From Camelus ferus (lineage: Eukaryota): a DNA stretch of 64,000 nucleotides. A program made the translations under genes and the position numbers. Below, one piece after another: positions 25,954-38,403 of this stretch. Location of the stretch: the NCBI RefSeq assembly GCF_009834535.1, contig NC_045696.1, positions 89,158,001-89,222,000 of the forward strand. The letters are read 5' to 3'. Within the stretch, counting starts at the first letter, position 1. Each line of letters starts with the position of its first letter. The notes below the pieces were generated by a model. That model was not told the DNA's origin, did no database searches, and worked only from the letters and a program-made list of their open reading frames with translations.

Positions 25954-28900
25954 CATCCACAAAAAGCTTAGGCACACTCCAGAGTAGGATCCAGAACCTA
26001 TGGAAACTCTAACAGTCCTCAGGAAACACTGGAAACCCCGGAAGAAAAGGCAGAGCCTGTGGAAGATTTGGCAGGTGTCAGAGAGCTCCTGCAAACACCA
26101 AAAGAAATAGGAAAAAATAAATGGAGATAATGTCAACTGAAAACTTAGGAGCACACCAAAGCACAAACCAGACCCAGCAAACACCCTAAGAATCCTCACG
26201 GGAGTGCTGAGGACACCCAAATGTAACCAGAACTAATGAAAATCCTGGCTGCTCTCACAGAGATTCTGTAAACACCAGAAGAACCAGAGGAAACAACACA
26301 TGATGATAATGTTCACAGAAAGCTTAGGAACATTTGAAAGCAGAATCCAGAACCAGCAGAAAATCTAATAGGCATCGGGAGGCTGCTGAGAACACCTAAA
26401 GTAAAACCAGAACCCTGGAAGACCTGGCAGATACCCGAGAGTTCCTGCAAACACCAAAAGGACCGGAGGAATAAATAAATGGTGATGATATTCACAAAAC
26501 GCATAGGAACACTCCGAGCGCAAAGGAGAACCAGAAGAAAATCTAAGAATACTCAGGAGACTGCTGGGAACAGCAGAGGGAAACGCAGACTCCATGGAAG
26601 AATATCTGACAGGCATCAAAGAGCTTACACAAACACCAAAGGGGCAAAACAAGCAGAGAGTGGAAGCAACAAGGACTCCCTGTCCCCCCAGTGGAAATGT
26701 AGAAAAGGTGAAAGCCTCATAGGTTTAAAAGAAAGATAGTTTAGGATGCGTAAAGATCGGGCAGGACCAGTGGGAGACCCAACAGGAACCAAGGGCCCTA
26801 GTGAAAACTCCACAGCAAATTGTGGACCAGAACACAAGACAGTAAGAAACTCAGGACAGTTCCCAGGGAGAAATGTGCATCAGCTGAACTCCTGACAACA
26901 ATCAAGAGACTTCTGAGGACTTCGGTAGAAAAGACTGAGTCCACGGAAAACCCAACAGGCACCAACAGACAGAACTAAAGAAAAGGGAAATCAAAGTAGA
27001 AGACTTGGTTTCCTACAATTTGCAGAACTGTAATACAATGCAACTCTTCTCACTGACCTCAGGACAACTGCAGAGCAGATCTGTGAATCGACAGAAAACC
27101 CTGGAGGCATGAAGAAACTTGGGAAAATGTCTAAGGTACATCCAGCAGAAGATCTGGCAGACATTACGATAGTGAAGGCAGCTCTGAATTCTAAAAACTT
27201 GTTCACAGGAAACCCTTAGTAAGGATTCAGATATATCAGAGAAATTACAAGAAAACTAACCTAAAAGAAATACTACTCAAAAAAACCAAGTCATAGAAAA
27301 AAATGTTAGAACATATACAGAGTGTACATTTTTTTTTTATCAAAAGACAATGAAGAAGACCATACAAAACTTTTTTTAAAACATCAAGAGAAAGCCTGGA
27401 GCCAGAAGTTACCAGTACTATATTGTACATTAGGAACCAAGATGTACTATATTGAAACCATCAAGAAAAAAGAAAAATGCAGTTGAAGACTTCTTGGAAT
27501 GCAGACTCTTCTGGGAGAATCCAAGCAGAAGACATGATGTTTGGAAGCTGTCAACAGTGGATTTGAAGAAATGTTTGATTCAGTGATGGACCCAGAGATC
27601 TCAGTCAAGAGAACTCCTCTTGTAAGCCTTGTGGATATGAATCCAAAATAAATGCCTCTGAAATTGAAGACATGTGGCCAAAGAGCACGCAAGCTAGAGT
27701 TAGTCAAAGAACAAGATCTAACCTAAAAAAGATTTTTAAATATCTGAACATTTGCCTACTCAAAAAGGCAATGTGCGAAGAGAGATATGTGTAAAGAAAT
27801 ATGAGTTTAATTTTAAAGAAAAGCTGAGTCAGGGAATAACCCTACATCCCAGATGCAGATATAGTACTGCTACAGAACTTGAGTCTCAGTTGCTTACATC
27901 AACAGAAAAGATTCAAATAAAGGTGAAAAGAATCCTGTGAAGAGCTTCCAAGAGAAATACTCAGAAGACGGAGCTATGAAGCAGAAGACAGACTGTAACA
28001 CTGAGGGGAGAAGTAAAGCTGGTATAAAGCTACAGGAATCTGATAGCTTGGTTAGTTCATCAGGGGTTATGCTCATGTAGAAAGGTGACAAACAGTGAAA
28101 AATCTGCAAGAGGAAAGTTAAATCTACAAACGACGAGAAGATACTTTTAGGACCCAGGAAGATAATGAAAATTAATTTTGACCTGGTAAAATCTTTGGTC
28201 AATACAGAAGAGAAAATTCATACAAACTAAAACAAAACAGAAGCAAATCTGGAAGATGCTAATCTTTTGTTTAATGAAATAAATGTTGCCAACAAAGAGG
28301 CAGAAGATCAAACTGTTGACAGTTCCTCAGGTAAAATCTTGAATAATGCAGGGCGGATTCTTCAACATCAACTCAAAGCAGAATAAAAGAAAAGTTAGAG
28401 GTATCTGTTCAACCCAGTAGTCAGAGATGCTACATACAGAGGAAGTTGAAGAAGAGCCCATGTAGAAAATCCGTAAGAATGTGAAAAAAAAAAAAAATAC
28501 AGCAATCAATGGTGAATCAATTTATCTTTTAGGCCTGGAGGCTCAATACGGTCTTCCCTACAAAGACAGAAGGATGTGATCTTTAATCTAGTACAACAAA
28601 TAGAATGTCTGTGAAAAAGAATGAGAAAAGATATGACCGACACACAGGAAACCACAAAGGTGCCTGTGGAAAAGTCTAGATGCACAAAGACATAGCAGTC
28701 AATGGAGAAATAATGTGCTTCAGGTTTGGAAGCCCAAATAAGGTCAGTGCCACTACTAAGATGCAAGGGCCTAATTCTTTGCTCTTATAAACAGAGCAGA
28801 GAACACATCTTTAGGCAAAAATAGGGAGAAAAATGCTGCCGATCTGTCCAGAGAAAATCTAGGTGAGGAAGCAGTAGTCAAAGAGGTAAGTCAAGATTTA

Positions 28901-29421
28901 TTGTGTTTGAAATCTAGAAAAATTAAAGTATTTGCTAGAGAGATGCAAAGATTTGATCTTTGCCCAGTGTGACAGAGGAAATTCTATAGAGAAGAGCGAA
29001 GAGAAATATGTTTACAGTCATTTAGTGCATATAAAAAGGAGAAACCACCTGTTTCAAAACTGGAAACCCATAGAAGCCAGGTGCAAATAGAATAAAAAGG
29101 AAACACTTTGGAAAATACTGTTTTACCAAAAATTTTGTGCAAAAAGCTAAGGCATAACCGGAGTAATACTAAATCACAGCAAAGAGTAACCTGGAGTTCT
29201 AAGAGATGTGTTTTGGAGAAAACATCTGCTAAAAATCCAAAGCAGGAAAAGAACAATACACAAAGAAAGAAAGAACTAGATGATAGCAAGACAATGAAGG
29301 AGCTTAGCTAGGAGTGGGGAAGAGTGACCATCTCTAGTGTGATGGCTAGCCTAAATATCTTCCATAGAATAACTTTTGCCATAAAATTAAAAGTGAATTC
29401 TGTAAGTAAAAGAAAATAAAT
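25954..29421 (+). pseudogene. MKI67: Processed, 5'-truncated MKI67 (Ki-67) retropseudogene with many stops and frameshifts
   Basis: Ki-67 motif ETPEEKAEPVEDLAGVRELLQTPKE at 26032-26106 and repeats of it. LR-tail-like CLKSRKIK at ~28904. C-terminal KSQQRVTWSSKRC...AKNPK at 29171-29240. A-rich tail at 29408-29421. TSD AAATAAAATTA(A/G)G at 25941-25953 and 29422-29434. Confidence 0.85.
25955..26660 (+). repeat. Four ~179-bp coding-type tandem repeats, each made of three 60-bp subunits, inside the MKI67 retrocopy
   Basis: Units begin at ~25955, 26132, 26311 and 26490 and share anchors such as AAGCTTAGG, CTGCTGAG and CTGCAAACACCAAAAG. Confidence 0.9.
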
Positions 29422-30945
29422 AAATAAAATTAGGTTCTATATGTATTTAAGTATAATCAAAGTGTTGGTTTTATTTGACATTTGATTATTTTACAGGCAA
29501 AATTTGAAAAAAAGAATTAAGACATCCTTTCCATCCTTATGGAAGAAAGGATGTCTTAATTTCTTGCAATTAGCTGGTTGATTTATTCTTTGGTTGAGAA
29601 AATACCTTCCCTTAGCCTATCACTTATTAGCCTTTTCATCAATGGATGAAAGGTGAACCAAAAAGCAATTCTAAACCAGTGAGGTCAGATGTAAACTTGC
29701 CAAATATTCTAATATTGATTGGTTGTCTGCAGCTTATACTTTTGGAGAGATGGTTAATGCTGGATTGTTCAAAATAAAGCAACTCATCATTTTTTCTCTC
29801 AATCTGGAAACCCAAATTAATTATGATTCTTGAAATTTTTACAAAAGTCAGTGCAGAATATTGTACAAATCTGAACACTATATTCATGTTTATAGCATAT
29901 CAATTTCAGCTCTGAATTGTTTCCCTTATTAATTCCACTTGAGAGAAACTATATACATAAAGTACAACATTAAGATACTTACCATATTGCCTTTTAAACA
30001 TGTTGAGGCCATTTCCTTATATTCCCTTTGGCCTTTACAGCTGAATCTGGTTTTCCTTATATAATACATGCCCTTTGGCATACTTGCCAATGCCATTTTC
30101 TATGGTTGAAGCACACTCACATTTGCAAAATGTGCCAATTAATGGCCTCTTAAAACTTAAAACTATCATTATAACCCAAGAAGACATTTTCCTCTTGGTT
30201 AGGATATTGAACAGCCAATACAAATTGCTTTTAAGCAACTGGTAATTATACACACACGTGATTTAGAAAATCAGTTACATTTTTCTCTCATTCCAGATGG
30301 ATTCTTACCATATCCAGGACCATCATTTCCCTACTCAATGAGAAGTCAATGAAAATGACAATGTTTGAAATATTTTAGTATGTGAGTTAGTTTAATAACT
30401 AAAAACCAGGAGGAAAAGTTAGTACTGGAGAACTTGGCACTCCCAGGTGGCTTTGGTTAAGATATGTATGTACGTAGCAGTCTTGCAAATAATATCAGGC
30501 ACAGACTATGCACCTATATAAGTCTATATCTATGTAGATACATCTCTGTTCTACACTATGTATAGAAGAATATTAAAAATGAGTAAAATGAGCAGCACAT
30601 CATGAATTACTTTCAAGTGAAAGTTTCTACATTTCTATTTTCCACTAGTTCTGTCTATGTAATAAATAACTTCCAGATAAAATCTACAAAAACTGATCAC
30701 CCAGATAATGCCCTTAGAGCTTTAAAAATGTTTCTATCCAGTTCTTCTATCATTGTGAACACATGGGTTCTGTATTAACATGGTATATTAAATACGTATG
30801 TGTATTACCATGAGATATGTTCATTTATCACTAATAAAAATAGCTGTTAAGGACTTTTCCCTCACAACATTATGCCTGAACAGAACTGTGCTTGGTAAAT
30901 CAATGAATTACAAGAAAAAAACCAAAGCAGAGTCACACTCATGTT

Positions 30946-32477
30946 TTTATTGAACTGGGTGACATCAATAAAAGCTTGTGTGATGTGCAGGGAAAAAAAG
31001 TGTAAAACTTGTAATTTTAAAATTAAGTAGAATCTCATTGCACTATTGGTGTCACATTATAGACATTCTGAATTTTATGGAGAGAAATGTTCCACAGATG
31101 GTACAAGAAAAACATCTTGATTCATTTTATAAGTGTATTTTCATAAGACTTTGTTGTAAAGTTCAAGATGCTAGTAGTAACAACATAGAAGACAGACTTT
31201 ATATATTGGTACTTGGATATTTATGTTGATGTTTCAGATATGCGTGAATTTTTTTAAGTGTCTAAAATAGTGTACCCTCAAAGGATAAATCATTTAAAGG
31301 AGTATGAAAACTTCCCAGTTTGTTTGAATGGTGAGTGGTATTGACAGCCACATGTAACTAAAATTTACAGTGTTTGAGTAACATTAATATATACAGTCAT
31401 TCAATATAATGTGATTTCATTAAATCCTATACCATTCTCAATAAAAGTTGATGCAGTCTCAACTCCTGATGTTTTTGCCAATTCACAGCTTTAAATTTCT
31501 TTTAAATGTCAGACACACATTTCATATTTTAATACACTACCATATAGTCACACGTCTGATACAGTTTGCACAGAGAAAGATTTTAATGCTTTTCTATGTT
31601 TTAATGCACTTCAAATGATTCTCTTTAATGACAGGGTCATTCTCTTTTAAAAGTTTAGAGTAAACCATTTTCTTCTATTGCAATTCAGACATCTTCAGAT
31701 TCCTTAGAACTGTCAGACTTTTTCAATCAGCTTTAAAAATTTTAATCAAATCATTTTCTTCTAATATCATTCAGATATTTTAAGATTTCTCAGAATTGTC
31801 AGATTTTTTCAATCATAAAAATAACTTTTCTAGATCCAGGTGTGAGATCCACATGTGTAATTTTTCTCAATGTAGTACCCATCCTTCCCCAAGCAGAGAA
31901 AACTTTTTTTTCCTTCTTTTCCTTTCTTGATAATCACAAACTGTAATAATTATACACAGTGTGTATATTGTACATAGACAATATGCATATGTACATTATA
32001 CATAATGCATTTTAATATATTATTTCATATTACCATTTGCTTAAAGGACATTTAATAGAATGGTAGAACTGATACAATGACACTTTTTTTTCTTAAGATA
32101 GGTTGACTGAATCCTTCTGTAGTACATTACTGCACAATTATGCTTTAAACAAAAGTTACAAGTCACAACAAATTCTTACGTTTTCTATCATGTGAAATGT
32201 ATTCCAAATGAAAAATGGAGGGGAAAGGCATGACATCATGCTTCATGGTATGGCTTACATGTAGCAATCATTTTTACATGAAACTATGACCTAGACTACA
32301 TCCATAATGTATAGTTAATATAAAAAGTTATATATTATGCCACAGTACTAAAAATAAAGTATATTCTTCTCAAATAGTGAAAATAAGGTATCCTTCATGT
32401 TTTCAATGTCACATTTTTTCTCATTTGACCATGCCTCTTTTTCCCGCCGTAAATGAAATAATGTCCAACATTTTATT
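30946..32477 (-). terminator. Candidate alternative C3orf80 polyA signals
   Basis: Minus-strand AATAAA at 32472-32477, ATTAAA at 31582-31587 and AATAAA at 30946-30951. The last is followed by a U-rich element. All lie within an AU-rich, repeat-free 3' region. Confidence 0.5.
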
Positions 32478-32849
32478 AAACAATAATGAGAGTGTAGATA
32501 TTTCTGGGCCACTAAGGCCTAAAACAGGTGCTAAGATGATGATCTTGTCATTAAATGCAGAAACAGCCTCCAGATGCGCTCAATACATGATAAAAATATA
32601 AAAATAAAAGACAAATAAGTATCTTCTCAGTTATTGAAAAATCAAAAGTTCAACGGTACCTTGAGTATGATCTCAGATATGCGTAACTGCTGTATCCTGA
32701 ATAGGTACAGCAACTAACCGGATCTCACGGGCATCCCTCACCAAACTGTGAGCCATCAGCCATGACTATGCTTTGCCAGAAAGACCGTGCTAGAGTTCTC
32801 CGCAAGGGAGGGATTCGATCACACCTAAGTACTGCTCTCTCCCAGACTC

Positions 32850-34560
<1,711 letters not shown>

Positions 34561-37500
34561 TCAGTTTTAAGTGATTGGATTTCCCCGGGAATGTTATTTA
34601 AATTGACTTGCGACTGGGATTCGCTTACCATCCTTCTTGTGATCTTTCTGATTAAAAATGGATGATGGTCATTAATGGCTAGCACAGCCCCGCAGCCGCC
34701 CTAGAGCTTGCTGGGTGGGGTGGGGGAGAGATGCCGGATGGTACAGATCCAGGGGGCTGGGAATCCGGTACCCCTCAGGAGACCTCCAGAACAGAGAATT
34801 CTCCGGAGAGGCTAAGGTCATGGCACCACGGAAGTATTCACAGAGGGGCAGGGGGGTACTCTTCCACGGTAACCCGAGTTGACGAAGGAGAGGAGAAGGG
34901 GTGCATATTTCCCCAGGGCATCCGACAAGCCCCAGTGTACCCAAGGGACAGAGCAGGGATTTGGATTTGAGGTAGGAGGCCTGTCCTCCAGCGTAAATAA
35001 CACATCTGTGAAATGGCAAACGAGAGTTGTAAGTGATTGGCAACGTTCCTAAGCATTGATCTGCGTCTAAAGGGTCTTTTTCAAGGTTATTCTTGTTTGC
35101 CAAGTTTGCCTTCAAGGGAGCCTATGCTCTCATTTAGCACATGGGGTAGAGCAGGCAGCACTCCCTGGGGAAGCCCCTTAGCGCACGCTGGGAGGGATGG
35201 CAGTTACCGCGGTCCCTGACACAGACATGTCTGCTGGGCGGTGGCCTTCAGCGGCTCATTAGAGCGACACCATGAAGGAGCCAGGAGCTTGTGCTTTTAT
35301 TCAGGCAGACTGGAACAATCATCTTTTAATCCCCTCACCCCTTAAACACTAGGTCCCCTGTAGAGAATCCAGACGGGGAAATTCCATAGTCATTGAGAGA
35401 AAAAAGTAAAAGCAAGGGGAAAACAGAACACAAAACTCAACTGTAGATCAGGTAAAAGCAAAGATTTCTCTCGGAGTAAGTCACACTGTATCTCCCTAAT
35501 AGCCTTATGGAACAAGGCTGGAGTGTGGGTTTGATTTAGACTGGTCAGTGTTCCTCCTAAATGAAAACATTTTAAAATATCTACTGCTGGGAACACCTTA
35601 CTTTGCCTTGCACTCCAAAACAATCCTTTCTCCTCCTGGAGAAGCTCCTAAGTGTCACTAACACCAAGTACTTCATGCGAAGCTTGGCTGAGCACACGTC
35701 CTTCTTTCTAAGCTCTCCTAAAGCCGAAATATTTCTCTGTACCGCCATCTGTTTCTCTGCTGGGAGGCCTAAAACCTATTCAGTAAAGACTAATTGACAA
35801 GGGGTTTCAAATTGTAGAAAGAGGGTGGAAATGATTCTTTTTAGGACAATGAAAATCATTATCCTTTCATTCACCCATTCTTTGGCCAAATTTACACCGC
35901 ACGTTTTTCTATATTCTAGGAACTCTGCTAGGTGCTCGCCATTATATAGAAATAGATGATTCCTCCCCAGGGTGGAATAAACCCAGGTCTGCAGGCCTAG
36001 CTGCTTCTAAATGGAGTAAAGGAGACATTCCACAGAGGGAAACAAATGACAGTTTCCTCTCTGATGGTGACTTGTTCTCATTTTCCTAGAGGAAAAATAG
36101 TTAATGAGTTTACAGCAATCTCAAGGATGAAGGCAGTTCATAGCTTGAGATGGGCGTTAGAGTACGAAGTCGATAAAAATGTGAAGACCTCTTTGGGTTC
36201 TTATCTGATCTGCTAGGATTTCTGCTGGCCATGGGAGCAATGGCAAAAGTAAAGGGGAAGTTGTCTGGTTGATGATGCATAAGAGAAACTGTCCTGCTTA
36301 TTGTTATTTTGAAATTAGTTAACAAACAGCATTTAATCTGTTTAATTTCTGTCTGCCTTCAAGGGAATTAGAATTTGTTTGCAGGATATCAGGACACAGT
36401 AGAAAAACAATATAGATCTTACATAAAATAAAACATTGGCAGAGTTACATAAAAAACAAAGAAAAGGATGGGGTCTGCAAAATGCATATGGAATGGATTT
36501 TATTTGATTTTTTTCTTTCCAAATTGATAGTCCCAAAGCATCATCCATTAAAGACCCTCTACAGAAACTGGCGCCTCTTTGTTTCTCCTCTGATCTCTCA
36601 GTCTCACTTAATTCATTTTTATTTGCAGTGTAATTTATTGTGTACAACCTTTTGAAGGAAAGAAAAGAAACCCTATAGCTTTAAAAGCCCCAGAAAAGAC
36701 ATGATCTTCATTACTCAGCACCCTTATTCTTTGTATTTGTTTAACACACAAATAAATGGGTTAGACTTAGCTCTCAGAAAGTCATAAATTCAAGCCACTT
36801 AGGGAGGAAGATGGAATTTAATTATATGTTCCATAGAATAATTGAAAGATAAAGGAAGATCACAATGTAAAAATTAAAAAGAAACCTTATTTTGTTGAAA
36901 ATCAGCACCAAATTGTGTGTAAGTCAGTGTGTGCAAGAGAAAAAAAAAAAAAACAGATGGAAGAGGGACAAGGACTGACTTTCATCCAAAAAGCATGGTC
37001 TCTAGGAGTACAGCTTGATTAAAAAAAAAAATTAAGAACATTAACTGCTTTATCTTGCTGAAGTGCTTGGATAATATTTTTTGAAAATTTTACCTTCCTC
37101 GTTTATTTACATTCATTTGAATGAATGCCAAATTAGCCATACTTTTCAACTTTTTAGAACAGAAGAAAGTAAGCAGAACACCACAAAACTGGTTGCTGTT
37201 TCACCTGTGCTTCTGGGAGCTGTCCTGATGGCTTGAGAAAGACTGGGCGGCCCCAACGTTCAACTTTCTGTTCTGTCACATGATACCCGGTCCAGAAGGG
37301 AACGCCTCCCTGATGTCTGCTGACTGTGAGTTCTTACCTTTAAACCTGGGAAGCAATAGTTCTGCCCTTTTCACGTCCCTTCTTCAAAACGTCTAAAAGT
37401 GGGCGGTTGGGACCTTGCAAACCATCCAGTCTCTAAGAACCCCCTTTTCGGGGTGTACCGCATTTTTCCTTACTACTAACTCGCTATTAAAGTTGATTTA

Positions 37501-37974
37501 TTAAACTCCTCATTTTATGGTTTTCGTCCATTTGCAGTATGTCCTCCCTGAGCAACAGTAAATTAAGGGTTTGATGGTAAATAGCACACATTTGCATAAG
37601 TATGCCTACCTAGAAATGATTTGTGATCTGAAATAATCTACTTTGAAGTTCTTTGCAAATTGTATTTCTTTCGCCACTCATTTAATAAATATTTAATGAG
37701 GGCCCACTCTGAACTAGGCATTCTGCTCTGATCTGAAAATGCTGTGAAATCAAAACGTTCCCTGTCCTCAGGGAGCTTGCTGGGAGAGGGGAGAGAGAAC
37801 CACAGATGCTAATCAGTCAGATTAATCAATCACTAAACTCCAGACAAAGATCAATGATTATAAAGGAGAAGTTCCCCGAGTTTTTACACTGGATGTTATC
37901 TGGACTTTGGTGGGGTGGGGGTGTCAGCCAGAAAGGCCTCCATAAGAAACAGCTTCTTAGGAAAGGACAAGGCC

Positions 37975-38403
37975 TTGACACAACATTGTAAAATGATTAT
38001 AAATCAATAAAAAATGTTAAATAAATAAATAAAATAAAATACTGTTAGAATAAAAAAAAAAAAAAACCCTAGCCCTAACCCTGAACCTAAGTCTTATGGT
38101 GAACCTAGACCTAACCCTAAACCGAGCCCTAACACTGTACCTACCCATGACACTGAACCTAGACTTAAACCTGCACCTAGCCCTAACCCTGAACCTAGCC
38201 ATAACCCTGAACTTGGCCCTAAACCTGAACCTAGCCATAACGCTTCACCCAGCCCTAAACATTCAACTAGCCATAACCCTGAACCTAGACATAAGCTTGG
38301 ACCTATCTCTAACCCTAAATATAGCTCTAAACCTGAACCTAGTCCTAACCCTGCACCTAGCCCTAACCCTCAAAAAAAAAAAAAAAAAAAAAAAAGAAAG
38401 AAA
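37975..38403 (+). mobile_element. Extremely 5'-truncated young L1 (44 bp) with 3'-transduced sequence and three A-tracts
   Basis: 37975-38018 matches the reverse complement of the L1 3' end at ~1301-1345 (2 substitutions, 1 indel). TSD GAAAGG(A/C)CAAGGCC at 37961-37974 and 38404-38417. Confidence 0.85.
38067..38372 (+). repeat. Telomere-like satellite, 17 x 18 bp (consensus ACCTAG CCCTAA CCCTGA)
   Basis: Parsed by hand into 17 in-phase 18-mers with substitutions but no indels. Each 18-mer is three degenerate CCCTAA hexamers. Confidence 0.93.

Noticed and set aside
25955..26660. CRISPR-like array, or an intact protein-coding repeat exon
   Set aside because: Eukaryotic context; the units are contiguous and degenerate with no unique spacers; every unit has stops or frameshifts.
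37190..37545. Possible old LTR
   Set aside because: It has LTR-like texture and ATTAAA motifs, but I could not identify termini or a family.
38067..38372. Relic of a telomere-telomere chromosome fusion
   Set aside because: The repeats run in one orientation only (no head-to-head junction) and sit inside a TSD with poly(A) tails.
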